Shown in pieces: positions 8,082-17,564 of a DNA stretch of 51,693 nucleotides. Below the pieces are notes generated by a model, which was not told the DNA's origin, did not search any database, and worked only from the letters and a program-made list of their open reading frames with translations. The position numbers and the translations under genes are program-made. Origin of the DNA: a virus (lineage: Duplodnaviria; Caudoviricetes); the IMG/VR virus record IMGVR_UViG_3300022863_000003, positions 1-51,693 of that record, one strand, 5' to 3'. Numbering within the stretch: position 1 is the stretch's first letter; each line of letters begins with the position of its first letter.

Positions 8082-8282
8082 TTAAGCCGGGTTCTCAACC
8101 TGCGCGGCCTTAGCGGCAGCGACGGATTCAAGATTAGCGATGACGGTCCACAACTGCGCGGCCTGCGCCGAAGTCACGGTCTGGCCGGAGATGATGGCTT
8201 CAGCGATGGGGACGATCTTCTCGATTTCCGGCAGCAGCGTGGCGGCGGCGTTGAGAAGCGCGAGGATAACGGTCAAGTCCAT
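8082..8282 (-). CDS. Small hypothetical protein, lysis region
   Basis: 66 aa, hydrophobic N-terminus. Confidence 0.65.
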   Translation of the reverse strand: MDLTVILALLNAAATLLPEIEKIVPIAEAIISGQTVTSAQAAQLWTVIANLESVAAAKAAQVENPA

Positions 8283-8284
8283 GA

Positions 8285-8614
8285 TCAGTTGCTCCCGATC
8301 TTGTTTGCGGTCAGAAATTCCTCGAAAGCCGTAACCGCGGCTTGGGCGGCGGCGGCTTCGTCGCTGGTCGGCGGTGTACCGGAACCGGCGGCTTCGGCCA
8401 GGGGGGCGAGAACGCCGTGAGCGTTCAGGCGGTAGCCCTCGATCTGCTTCACCAGCACAGGGTCCGCCTTGCCGCTGTTCAGATAGACGATTTCAGCCGA
8501 CACGGCCCCGGCATACGCGGTTTCAGCGGTGACGATGGCGGTGGTCGGGTCGTTCAGGTTGGCGCAGCCGGCCAGCAGGGCCAGGGCGGCGAAGGGCAGG
8601 AGAACTTTACGCAT
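8285..8614 (-). CDS. Lipoprotein (spanin candidate)
   Basis: MRKVLLPFAALALLAG-C lipobox. Confidence 0.75.
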   Translation of the reverse strand: MRKVLLPFAALALLAGCANLNDPTTAIVTAETAYAGAVSAEIVYLNSGKADPVLVKQIEGYRLNAHGVLAPLAEAAGSGTPPTSDEAAAAQAAVTAFEEFLTANKIGSN

Positions 8615-8957
8615 TGGACGGCTCCGGGGTAATCGCCACAGGGGCGGGTTCAGTGCCCGGCGCGGGAGCCGGGGCTTCGATTTGCTTCACAACAGCCTCG
8701 GCGGCGGTCGCAACGGGCAGCAAGCCCTGAGCCTGCAAGGCCGGGGTGACGATGCGCAGCAGCCAAGTGGTGAACGGCGGCTGGGCTCCGTTGCTGGCAC
8801 TGGCGATATTCACGGCCATGAAAGACAGGATTTTGCGCGGCACCAGCCAATGCGAGCCGGGTTTCGGCTGCGGCAGGGCGGCGTCGATGGTGGAGGCGAC
8901 GGCGACGACGGCCCCCAAGTAGGGCCAAATGCTGGTCCAAATCGTGGTCAGGTCCAT
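8607..8957 (-). CDS. Membrane protein (holin candidate)
   Basis: N-terminal TM segment; lysis context. Confidence 0.55.
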   Translation of the reverse strand: MDLTTIWTSIWPYLGAVVAVASTIDAALPQPKPGSHWLVPRKILSFMAVNIASASNGAQPPFTTWLLRIVTPALQAQGLLPVATAAEAVVKQIEAPAPAPGTEPAPVAITPEPSNA

Positions 8958-8968
8958 AATTTCCCCTT

Positions 8969-9526
8969 TCAGGAAAGCGCGGCGAGATACCGTGCTATGG
9001 CGTGATCTGCGATTGGTTCCCCAGCCACGCCGATTTCAGTAAGAACCGCCGGATGCTCAAACCCGGGCGGAACCTCTGGTACAATATCTATTCCGTGGCG
9101 AAACATCAAGATCGGAACGTTTTGCAGCACCAAACGCGCACGCCCGCCGATAGAAATCCGGGGGGCGCCGAACGTGAACACGGCCTTCGGCGGCGCCCCG
9201 TCCAGCGTCATTCGTGCGGCCAGCAGCAGCGCGAGGGCGCCGCCCAGGCTGTGCCCGGTGAGGATGATCGGCTTCTTGGGGATAACGGCGTCGTAAATCC
9301 CGTCGAGAGCTTCCCAGAAACCCAGGTGAACCAAACCGAGCATTCTGACCACGCAAGGGATGAATTCCAGGTCGGTGAGCGCGGAAGCGCCGTCGTCGGT
9401 TCCCCGGAAAGCGGCGCAGCGCCCGTACTCGGTATCGCGTAGAATCAGTCGGGCGGATTTGTGTTCTAAATCCGGCTCACACGAATAAGCCTCGTTGCAT
9501 AGCTGGGCGAAGACCCGGGGGTCCAT
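8969..9526 (-). CDS. Class 3 lipase / alpha-beta hydrolase
   Basis: Start at MDPRVF (TGATG coupling); AFRGT, VHLGF, GHSLGG, TFGAPR, DIVP and terminal DH motifs. Confidence 0.88.
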   Translation of the reverse strand: MDPRVFAQLCNEAYSCEPDLEHKSARLILRDTEYGRCAAFRGTDDGASALTDLEFIPCVVRMLGLVHLGFWEALDGIYDAVIPKKPIILTGHSLGGALALLLAARMTLDGAPPKAVFTFGAPRISIGGRARLVLQNVPILMFRHGIDIVPEVPPGFEHPAVLTEIGVAGEPIADHAIARYLAALS

Positions 9527-9969
9527 CAGCCGCCGTACCCCGCGGGCCACGCTCCATTCGCCAGCATAAACGCCGTGCGATGTGCGCGATCGGGAACTTG
9601 GGTAGCGTAGCGGCTGGCGAGGCAAGCCTCCCCGGCGGTTTCCCACGCCTGCTGGCGCACGGCCAGGAGCATATGGGGGAACCCAACTAGGCCCGCTTTT
9701 CCTAGTTCGTAGGCCATGTCGGTTAGCGCCGCCTGGCGGATTGGGTCCAGCGCCAGCCAGTCAGAAGCACCCAGATCGGCTTGCGCCCAAGCGGCAGCGT
9801 TCGCGTAATCAATGGCGAATTGATCGTCGGCCTGTTCCTGCGTCCACACGGCGTCGGGGACGATAGACGGGCTGTTGTGCCCGTAGCCAATCTCGAAATT
9901 ACCGCCCAGGTCTAGCTTTGCGGTGAGATTGCAGCCCTCGCAGAGCTTGGTGTATGTCGTCCCGTCCAT
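9526..9969 (-). CDS. Endolysin (GH24/T4-lysozyme-like)
   Basis: EG..L....D..G...IGYGHN, RQAALTDMAYELG, QVPDRA; GAGGT SD before ATG 9969. Confidence 0.85.
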   Translation of the reverse strand: MDGTTYTKLCEGCNLTAKLDLGGNFEIGYGHNSPSIVPDAVWTQEQADDQFAIDYANAAAWAQADLGASDWLALDPIRQAALTDMAYELGKAGLVGFPHMLLAVRQQAWETAGEACLASRYATQVPDRAHRTAFMLANGAWPAGYGG

Positions 9970-9977
9970 GAGATACC

Positions 9978-10451
9978 TCACTTGAGATGCAAGGCTACCC
10001 ACTCGATAGCTTTGCGGATATAGTCCTGAAACATGATCCCGGTCACGCTGGCGACGCCGCCGAGGATGACGTGCTTGCGCTCGATCTTGCTGAAGATAGA
10101 TTCAGGGTCTTCGATCTTCGCCGCGCGCTGGAGAACGGTGACTTCAGTGCGCATGGTGCCTACCTCCCCTGCGAGGGATTTCATCTGCGCGTGCCAAGCT
10201 ATCCGCCACTGCTCCTCGTTCTCTGCGTGAGAGTTAAACGAGGTAGACAGCTCAGTGACTTGGTTGGACAGGCTGTTCAGTTTTTCGAACTGTAACGCCC
10301 GCTGGCGTATGCCTTCTTCCATGTCGGCGCTCAGTTTTCCCATCAGGAGTAGTATGTCGTCGCCGGCCACGGATTTTTCCTCTTCCCCTACCCGGCTTAC
10401 ACGCGGTTTAGTTTCGCGTAAGCCGGTATCCCAGTCTAGGGAGTTTTTCAT
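9978..10451 (-). CDS. Coiled-coil protein with C-terminal TM (lysis-associated?)
   Basis: 157 aa, directly upstream of the endolysin. Confidence 0.6.
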   Translation of the reverse strand: MKNSLDWDTGLRETKPRVSRVGEEEKSVAGDDILLLMGKLSADMEEGIRQRALQFEKLNSLSNQVTELSTSFNSHAENEEQWRIAWHAQMKSLAGEVGTMRTEVTVLQRAAKIEDPESIFSKIERKHVILGGVASVTGIMFQDYIRKAIEWVALHLK

Positions 10452-10463
10452 ATTTTCAACGGA

Positions 10464-10832
10464 TTAAGCCTGAATCTTCGCGGCGGCGATGAACAAGGAA
10501 TCCACTTGGGCGGATGTGAGGCTCAAAGTCGCGGCCAGCGCGGTCATCGTCGGGGACGTGCGTTCGAAGCTCTGGGCGTTATCCCATGCTAGGAGCGTCA
10601 GCCCGCCCGCCGCGTTGACTGCGGCTTGCGCTTGCGTCAGCAGGCCCGCGTTCGACAGCGCGGCCAGCGCCTGGAAGCGCGTGACGCTGGCAGGGACCGG
10701 CGTGGGGCCAATTACCCAAGCGCCGTTCTGCCAGATATAGGTGGCGTCGGGGCGTTGCGGAACCGGCTGATCGTCTGCAAAGACCGCATCGCCTTCGTGG
10801 TAGCCTTCAGTGGGGGAATACCAGTAAGTCAT
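10464..10832 (-). CDS. Tail fibre-associated/chaperone-like protein
   Basis: GGGAGG SD; PQRPDATYIWQNGAW and SVTRFQALAAL..W..A..F.R..P motifs, as seen after phage tail fibres. Confidence 0.6.
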   Translation of the reverse strand: MTYWYSPTEGYHEGDAVFADDQPVPQRPDATYIWQNGAWVIGPTPVPASVTRFQALAALSNAGLLTQAQAAVNAAGGLTLLAWDNAQSFERTSPTMTALAATLSLTSAQVDSLFIAAAKIQA

Positions 10833-10834
10833 GA

Positions 10835-12781
10835 TTAAAAACCTCCCTTGACGCGAACGCGATAGGCCCAGTTTGCGGGAGTAATACCGCCAAAGCCGCC
10901 GCCGGTACTGAGGTTTACGAGGTACCACGCACTGCTCAACCCCGTGACGAATACACTGGAATTACGACGCTTTGCGGGGGTAAATTGCATGGCAAAAGCG
11001 CTGCCTGGTGACGTCCCCGGTTCCACTATATCCCCGACACTATACCCGCCTTCCGCCGTGAGGTTCATAATCTCAATCCTCACATCCTTAAGCGAAGTTC
11101 CGAGGTTATCCGCCACTGTTACAACCGTCACCGTACCCGGAAGCGTGTTCGTCCAGGGGGGGACGTACTGACGCTGAAAGGCATAGCTGACCACGCTGGT
11201 AATCGTGCTGGACCCGGCTACAGCCTCTCCAACGAATACCGTATTGCTCGCTACCCAAGCAGAGCCGCTCCAAGACTGCATCACGTAGGCCGCGGTGTTG
11301 AACCAGTACTGCCCCGTCGAAGGGGCGGAGGGCGCGGTTGACTGGTATACCGGCTGTAGCGACGTGCAGCCCCAGGTCACGCTGGTCGCACTGGCGTAAG
11401 TGGCGTAGACGTAATCGGTATTGCTCGCAGGGCAGGCAGCAGTGGCCGTCCCCGACGACAGCGAGGTTACGAGGTCAGCCGCGCCGTTCGCGCCGAAGCC
11501 CCCCGCGAAAGTCATCACCAATGGCGCGGTGGCGGTGAAGGCCGGGGTGAGCCCGCTGCCCGTCGTCATAAAGCTCGCTACGCCAGAGGTCGCGTCCCCC
11601 GACAGTACGGTCTGGCGTACCGGGATATTGGGAGCCGCTGCCCAGGTCATCGGGGAAGACCCGCCGCCAGCGGAGGTCAGGACTTGCCCCGTCGTTCCCG
11701 CCGTGGCCGGCAGGTTGAAGTTGTATGCCGTAGTGGCGCTGGGGTTCTGTACCGTGACCGTCGCGCCCGACCCTCCGCCATTGGCGAGGCCGACAGTACC
11801 GGCGGTCGCAGCATTGACGCCCAGCACCGGGGCCGAAGTGCCCATCGGCAAGCCGCTGGACGACGTAGCGTTCGCCAGAACCTGCCCGCCGCTGATATTG
11901 GCGAGGCCGATGGTGCCAGATGAGGTGATCGTGCCGCCGGTAACGCCGTTGTTGGTGGCGATGCTTGTCACGGTGCCGATGCCGGTAATCGTCGCCCAAG
12001 CCGGGTTTGCGCTCGCGCCCTGCGTCTGGAGCACTTGCCCCGACACGCCGGGGGACAGCGCGGACCAGCCGGCGTTGCTGCGGTATAGAACACTGCCCTG
12101 CGTGCCAGAGAAATTGCGGTCGAGCAGGGAGGTCAGGGTGGTCGAGGTCGGCTCCTGACTGCCCGCCGAGCTATTGCCGAGGACGTTGCCGCTGGCGACA
12201 TTAGCAAAAGCGAGCTTGGAACTGGCGAGGGTGAAATTGGTGTCATAGCCCGCGGTAGCCAGGGCGCTAAAGGCGGTCCCGTTGGTGCTGGTGCAGGTGA
12301 TGACGCCGACGTTCGTGATCGAGCAGTCACCCGTCAACGGAACGCCCGCCGACATATTGGAGGCGTTGCCGACGAACAGGTATCCACTGGTCAGCGGCAG
12401 GCTGGTCCCGGAGGTGGACACTTGGAAAATGGTCGTACCATTCTGGATGATCTGGAACGGCGTGGTAGCGTCACCGCCAAAATTCCCGATGCTCAGGTAC
12501 GCGCCCGAGGTCGAAATACCGGAGCAAAGCTGGGAGTAGCCCCCGGTGAACGGCCCGGCGGTGGCGCTGCGGGTGATGCAGAGCGGGGTGCCGCCATTGC
12601 CGTACAGCCCGAGGGAGTTGACCTTTCCGGCGGTAGCCGTGCCGGCGTCCTGGAGCACGCCGGAGGTCGCCCAAGATGACAAATGCCCCGTCGTAACGGA
12701 GCCGCTTTGCTGGACGGATTGCGCGGAAGCCGCAGTCGCGCCGCCGAGAAGCAGAAGAGCTAAGAGAATACGGCGGGTCAT
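10835..12781 (-). CDS. Gly/Ser/Thr-rich tail fibre-like protein with an N-terminal signal peptide
   Basis: MTRRILLALLLLGGATAASA|Q; GQVLTS.G...P.W repeats; APSAPSTGQYWFNT. Confidence 0.65.
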   Translation of the reverse strand: MTRRILLALLLLGGATAASAQSVQQSGSVTTGHLSSWATSGVLQDAGTATAGKVNSLGLYGNGGTPLCITRSATAGPFTGGYSQLCSGISTSGAYLSIGNFGGDATTPFQIIQNGTTIFQVSTSGTSLPLTSGYLFVGNASNMSAGVPLTGDCSITNVGVITCTSTNGTAFSALATAGYDTNFTLASSKLAFANVASGNVLGNSSAGSQEPTSTTLTSLLDRNFSGTQGSVLYRSNAGWSALSPGVSGQVLQTQGASANPAWATITGIGTVTSIATNNGVTGGTITSSGTIGLANISGGQVLANATSSSGLPMGTSAPVLGVNAATAGTVGLANGGGSGATVTVQNPSATTAYNFNLPATAGTTGQVLTSAGGGSSPMTWAAAPNIPVRQTVLSGDATSGVASFMTTGSGLTPAFTATAPLVMTFAGGFGANGAADLVTSLSSGTATAACPASNTDYVYATYASATSVTWGCTSLQPVYQSTAPSAPSTGQYWFNTAAYVMQSWSGSAWVASNTVFVGEAVAGSSTITSVVSYAFQRQYVPPWTNTLPGTVTVVTVADNLGTSLKDVRIEIMNLTAEGGYSVGDIVEPGTSPGSAFAMQFTPAKRRNSSVFVTGLSSAWYLVNLSTGGGFGGITPANWAYRVRVKGGF

Positions 12782-13434
12782 GGCGCGGTCGTTCCTTCAG
12801 TCCAGGTGATCGTGACTTGCATGGATTCCCCCGTCAGCGCCGAACTGTTGGTTTGCACTTCGAGACACTGGCTGGTCCCGCGCAGGGTAATCGGCTTTCG
12901 TCCAGCCGCAGCCGTTAGCAGGGAAGGCGTCTGAAGTCCGAGAGAGGTGCCCAACGGGAACCCGGCGGTGAACACGTCAATCGTGCCTACCGGCGTCCCC
13001 GCGGTGGGGGCCGAGGTATAATACGCCGCAGTGGCGGTCGCTGCGCTGTCGTTCGAGTCCACAGAAGTCGGGGTGATCGCCGTGCCCGCGCTGGGGGCGG
13101 TAGAGGTCTTTATCAGGTTGATAACCTGCGACCCGGCGGTGGTAGCCGTGCCCCCCAGGAGGATACTCCGCAGTTGCACTATTTTGGTCGAGGAACCGCA
13201 AACCGCGAACAGCACCCCCGTCGTAGCCGCGAAAGACTGCGAGGCCGTGTACGAGGGCTCCAACCCGGTAGCGTCGTTCAGTGGAACGGCCATCACGTTC
13301 GCCGGGTTCGGCGCGGTGATCAACTGCCCAGTGGGGGTTTGCCCCGTGACAGAATAGGTTGTGACGGCGGCTTGGGCGAAGGCTTCGCCGCTGACAAGGC
13401 AGCACGCCAAAGCGATAATGAGACGACGAATCAT
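12778..13434 (-). CDS. Thr-rich beta-type protein with a signal peptide
   Basis: MIRRLIIALACCLVSGEAFA|Q; GGAGG SD. Confidence 0.7.
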   Translation of the reverse strand: MIRRLIIALACCLVSGEAFAQAAVTTYSVTGQTPTGQLITAPNPANVMAVPLNDATGLEPSYTASQSFAATTGVLFAVCGSSTKIVQLRSILLGGTATTAGSQVINLIKTSTAPSAGTAITPTSVDSNDSAATATAAYYTSAPTAGTPVGTIDVFTAGFPLGTSLGLQTPSLLTAAAGRKPITLRGTSQCLEVQTNSSALTGESMQVTITWTEGTTAP

Positions 13435-13492
13435 CAGTGAAATCCTCCACCTTTTTTCCCGTTACGGGGCTTCGGCTTTTTCACTGGTCGCA

Positions 13493-13783
13493 TTAACGCC
13501 GCACCCAATGAATCGCCAGGACAAAAACCCCGTACAAGCCGAGGCCGATAAGTTGATTGGCGCTCGGATTGATCGGGAGCGCCTCGTTAAACAGCCACCA
13601 CGTAGACCCCACGGCGGCGACGGTGAACAGATTGGACAGAGCAATCAGCGCCCGCTGGCTGATCGTTTTGATGCTTAACAGCAGCAACTGCATGGCGGCA
13701 GCCGCTTGGTCATTCTGTGGTGTCTCCGGGATCACTCGATCCTGGCCCACCTGTTGCAGCCGCGATGCGTTTCCTGAAGTCAT
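13493..13783 (-). CDS. Two-TM membrane protein
   Basis: Two hydrophobic helices and a basic C-terminus; start uncertain. Confidence 0.55.
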   Translation of the reverse strand: MTSGNASRLQQVGQDRVIPETPQNDQAAAAMQLLLLSIKTISQRALIALSNLFTVAAVGSTWWLFNEALPINPSANQLIGLGLYGVFVLAIHWVRR

Positions 13784-13985
13784 GAATCGAACCTTCCCCG
13801 TCGTCATCAGTTGTGGTTTTCGCCGCGACCTTCGTGGTGTTGACATAGTAAGTGGTCAACTGCTTAAAAGCATCTAAGCGATCCACCAACAGTACACCCT
13901 CCGCATTGGCGTCGTCAGCAATTTTCAGGGCCAAGGCGGCGAGTTTCGCGCCGATGTCGTCCTGTTTGGGGGGTTTTTTGGTCAT
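13710..13985 (-). CDS. Hypothetical protein
   Basis: 91 aa, ATGA overlap with the upstream gene. Confidence 0.6.
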   Translation of the reverse strand: MTKKPPKQDDIGAKLAALALKIADDANAEGVLLVDRLDAFKQLTTYYVNTTKVAAKTTTDDDGEGSIHDFRKRIAAATGGPGSSDPGDTTE

Positions 13986-15898
13986 TTCATCTGGCCCTTG
14001 AGGTCTTCCAGTACGTCTTGCGGGCTCCCTCCGAACATCCCGCGCTGGTACGCCTCCGAGGAAGTCACTCCTCGGGACAACTTACGGGTCATCGCCCCGA
14101 GCGCCGGAACGACGTTTCCCTTCGAGGCTTCGTGAACTGCATACCCCAAGTCCAGCCGGCTAATATTTTCCGTCCCGCCGAATTGCGCGGGTCGCTGCAT
14201 AGCCTTCGGCATTCTCTCGGCTGCGGTAGCGATGTCTTTTAACCCGCCAGAAAGCGGTCGGCCATGCGCGGCCAGCGCAGCCAGCCGGTGCGGGATAATT
14301 TCTCCACTGGCCGTGGTCGCGTCTTCGATGTCGTAGGACTTCGCTATCTTGGTGCGGGCGTCTCGAAAGGCTTGCATAAGGGACGAGCGCGTTTTCAGGT
14401 CGTTCACGCGCGCGGCTTTCCCTAAATTTTCTTCCAGTTCGGCGCTCAACCCGGAAAGCCGTTTCCGGCCCTCCGCGATGTCTTCGCCCAAACGCTCCAG
14501 CGCGGCGTCGTGTCGAGCCGCCTCCGAGAAAGTGTAGTGCATCCCCGCTGGCTTCTTAAGCTCTGCGGCCACGGCGTTGGACTTTTGGGTGATGTCTTTT
14601 ATCAGCCCGGTTTGCTCGGCTCGCAGGGCTTTAATGTTGCTCGACAGGAGCTGGGGCGCGCTGTTAATTCCGGTTTCGATCTGCCGTTCAACGGCGTCAG
14701 CCTGCGCTTTCTGCGCCATCCCGAGACGTAATTTCTCCGGGTCTGCCGCGCCTTTGAGGTTGGCCTTAGCGTCGAACCGCAATTCTTTCACCCATTGGAC
14801 CGCATCCGAGGGCGAGAGCTTACCATCTTTCACGTACTTATCCGCGAAGGTAAACTTGGACAGCTTATCGCCCACCGGCATTGGCGGGATAATCGCCCGC
14901 ACAGCGTTGTATGCGGGGCGACCCACTTTCTCCCGGTAGGCTTCCAGGGATTCGTGCGACAGGTTATCTTCTTCGCCCATCCCCAAGTCAGCCTTCGCTT
15001 TCTCGGTAGCGATCTTAAAATTCGCCTCAGAATACGCCTGATTGATCTTCACCTTGCCTTGGAGCCCGGACAGAAGATCGGCAGCAGTTCCTGGGTTTTC
15101 TACGGCTTGCGCAGGGGGCACTTTCCACCCGGCGCGGTGAAGGTCGAGCATGCCCTCTCTCGGTGTCCCCGCTGCGAGGGAGCCAAGCTTTTCAACGGCC
15201 TTTGCCCCCACATCCGCGACGGCTTTCGCCCCCGACGCAACTTTCCCGCCCGCCGTTTTCGCGGCGTCGGCCAGTAACTGCGCTTCCAGCGTACCCCCCA
15301 GAGCCTTGGCCCCCTCGACACCTCCGAGCAGCACCCCGCTCCCGACGAGTTTCCCCCCTTCAGACGCAACTTTCGCGGCTTTACCGGCCCCTGCCACCGT
15401 CGCTCCCGGCGCACCGGAAAGCATACCGCCTGCGTCGATAAGACCTTTTGTGTCGCGCTCCATCTTTGCGCGGCCTGTCTCCGGGTCAAAACCCAGAGCC
15501 CGATACACCGTGTCAGGGACTACCGCCGCTGCGCCTATCTGGGCGGTACGGCTCAACGCTTCGGGAACTCGGTTTGCCACTACGTCGAGCGCGGCGCTTC
15601 CCCCCTTCAGCAACGGGCGATTCACCGGGTCCATCGTGGCCCCGCCTCCCGTTATCTTCTGGTAGGTGTCCTCGCTCATGCCCAACGGCTCGCTGAACGT
15701 GTCGCGCCAAGCGGATCTTATCTTGTCGCCAGTCGAGGGCTCCGCTTTGGCGGGGGCGTAGGTTTTGCCGGGCTGCGGGATGTCGTCGCCAGGAGCGTCC
15801 AACTTGAACCCCGGCGGAAGATCGGACACGGCCTCGTGCGGAGGCGTATCAAGCGTAAACCCCGGCGGAAGATCGGAATTATTTGTAGGGGTCGCCAT
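13982..15898 (-). CDS. Putative internal virion/ejection protein
   Basis: 638 aa, Ala/Gly/Lys-rich and helical; duplicated SDLPPGF.LD motif; position after the tail genes. Confidence 0.6.
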   Translation of the reverse strand: MATPTNNSDLPPGFTLDTPPHEAVSDLPPGFKLDAPGDDIPQPGKTYAPAKAEPSTGDKIRSAWRDTFSEPLGMSEDTYQKITGGGATMDPVNRPLLKGGSAALDVVANRVPEALSRTAQIGAAAVVPDTVYRALGFDPETGRAKMERDTKGLIDAGGMLSGAPGATVAGAGKAAKVASEGGKLVGSGVLLGGVEGAKALGGTLEAQLLADAAKTAGGKVASGAKAVADVGAKAVEKLGSLAAGTPREGMLDLHRAGWKVPPAQAVENPGTAADLLSGLQGKVKINQAYSEANFKIATEKAKADLGMGEEDNLSHESLEAYREKVGRPAYNAVRAIIPPMPVGDKLSKFTFADKYVKDGKLSPSDAVQWVKELRFDAKANLKGAADPEKLRLGMAQKAQADAVERQIETGINSAPQLLSSNIKALRAEQTGLIKDITQKSNAVAAELKKPAGMHYTFSEAARHDAALERLGEDIAEGRKRLSGLSAELEENLGKAARVNDLKTRSSLMQAFRDARTKIAKSYDIEDATTASGEIIPHRLAALAAHGRPLSGGLKDIATAAERMPKAMQRPAQFGGTENISRLDLGYAVHEASKGNVVPALGAMTRKLSRGVTSSEAYQRGMFGGSPQDVLEDLKGQMK

Positions 15899-17564
15899 TC
15901 TCGTTCACCCAGCCGTTGGGGGTTTTGTAAATCTTCGCGCCATTCGGGCCTGTGGCGGAGGTAAGCCCGGTCGGGTCAAAAGTTTTCCCGCCTTTACCCT
16001 CGTGGTTTTTCTTGTACTCACGAAAAGCGGCCTTCGCGTCATCGGATAAGAAGTCCGCGCCTTCGAAGCCGTCCTTCATCTTCGTGGTTCGCTTGTACTG
16101 CCGCTCCAGCTCGGTGAGCTGCCCGCCCATGAGGCTGGACAGACCTTTGACCACGCCTTTGTAGGCTTTTGGGCTGTCTGCCGCTTCGAAGCTTTTGCCG
16201 ACTTCTTCGCGCTCGTACACCGAGCCATGGCCGGGGACGATGCCCTTGAACACTTCGTCGCCGACCAGTTGCTTGATCGCGTCGTAGGTCTTGACCTCGG
16301 GATGACCGAGTTCGGAAGAAATTGACTGGATCAGCTCGTTAGCCTTCGGGAGGTCGCCGCTGTCCAACGCGGCCTTGGCCTCCGACAAAGTGCCAAGGTG
16401 AGAAACTGCGGTGCTGAACGCGCGGACTTGGTCGCCCTGCGTCCCGGTGCCGAAGTCCCGGTACGCTTTCGCCCGCTCTCCTATCTCAGCATAAGCCGAG
16501 ATTTCGTCGTCAGCGGTGGCGTTCGGGTGCTCCTCTTTCCATTTCTGGAGCATCGCGGACACCGGAGAGCGCGGCGTACTCTGGCCGGCGGCTTTGACTT
16601 CCTTAATCGCGTCGATAGGCGACTTGCCCTGCGCGATAAGCGCCTGCGCGGCTTGCGCCTCGACCGTGCTCATGGTCGGTAGCTGGCTGCCGGTGCTTTT
16701 TGCCTTGGCGTCCTTGGACTCTTCCAGCCGTTGCCCTTCCTTCGCCCACGCCAGCATCTGCTGCTTGACCTGGGGGTCGTTCGGATTCGGTTTCACGCCG
16801 GGATGCGCGGCCATCCACTCTTGGGCCTTGCCCTCGACGTACTGCTGGACGGCGGCTTTCGTTTCCATGCGTTGCAGCGTTTCGTCGGCGTAGACACTCG
16901 CGTTGTGCGACATCTCTTGCGCGGTTTTAGCCGTATTCTGGCGAGACTGCATCAGCTCCTGATACCCTTCGACCCCCTTGGCTTGAAGCATGTAGGACAT
17001 GGCTTCGTCTTTATTGGCGGCGGCGGCAGCGGAAATCTCGGCCATCTTCTCGTTGTGCGACAGCCCGGCGCGTTTATAGATACCGTCGTACACCCGTAGC
17101 TCATACTCGGACTGCTTCATCGCCAGTTCGGTATTCTCTTTCCAGGCGTCCCTGGCTTCCTTGTACGCGGCCAGATCGTTCGACCGCTGCGCGTTCATGG
17201 CGGCGGCGGAGGCGTTCAGCGCACTCGACAATGGTCGGCGAGTGAGGAGAGAACCGAGGACGCCGACGGCGGAGGCCCACGAGCCGAACGACTTCACTGG
17301 GTCATTCTCTGGCGGCGTCTGCGTCCATTTTTCCGCGTGAAGCGCGGGCGGCGGGCCGAGTGCAGAGACTTCCTTGTCGTAGCGAGCGGATTCGGCCTTC
17401 GTGTCGGCGAGCTGCTGCTGCGCGCCTTCGCGCTGCTTCGACGCAGCCGCGTTCACGTCAGCGAGATAGCCGCCGGCGCCGGAGGCTTTCGGCTTCGTCG
17501 CCTTGTCCAGCGAAGTGGACATGTCGCCATTAAGCGCGGAGAGAGTGTCGCTGGCGTCGGTCAT
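15879..17564 (-). CDS. Putative internal virion/ejection protein
   Basis: 561 aa, helical and Ala/Gln-rich; synteny. Confidence 0.6.
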   Translation of the reverse strand: MTDASDTLSALNGDMSTSLDKATKPKASGAGGYLADVNAAASKQREGAQQQLADTKAESARYDKEVSALGPPPALHAEKWTQTPPENDPVKSFGSWASAVGVLGSLLTRRPLSSALNASAAAMNAQRSNDLAAYKEARDAWKENTELAMKQSEYELRVYDGIYKRAGLSHNEKMAEISAAAAANKDEAMSYMLQAKGVEGYQELMQSRQNTAKTAQEMSHNASVYADETLQRMETKAAVQQYVEGKAQEWMAAHPGVKPNPNDPQVKQQMLAWAKEGQRLEESKDAKAKSTGSQLPTMSTVEAQAAQALIAQGKSPIDAIKEVKAAGQSTPRSPVSAMLQKWKEEHPNATADDEISAYAEIGERAKAYRDFGTGTQGDQVRAFSTAVSHLGTLSEAKAALDSGDLPKANELIQSISSELGHPEVKTYDAIKQLVGDEVFKGIVPGHGSVYEREEVGKSFEAADSPKAYKGVVKGLSSLMGGQLTELERQYKRTTKMKDGFEGADFLSDDAKAAFREYKKNHEGKGGKTFDPTGLTSATGPNGAKIYKTPNGWVNENGDPYK

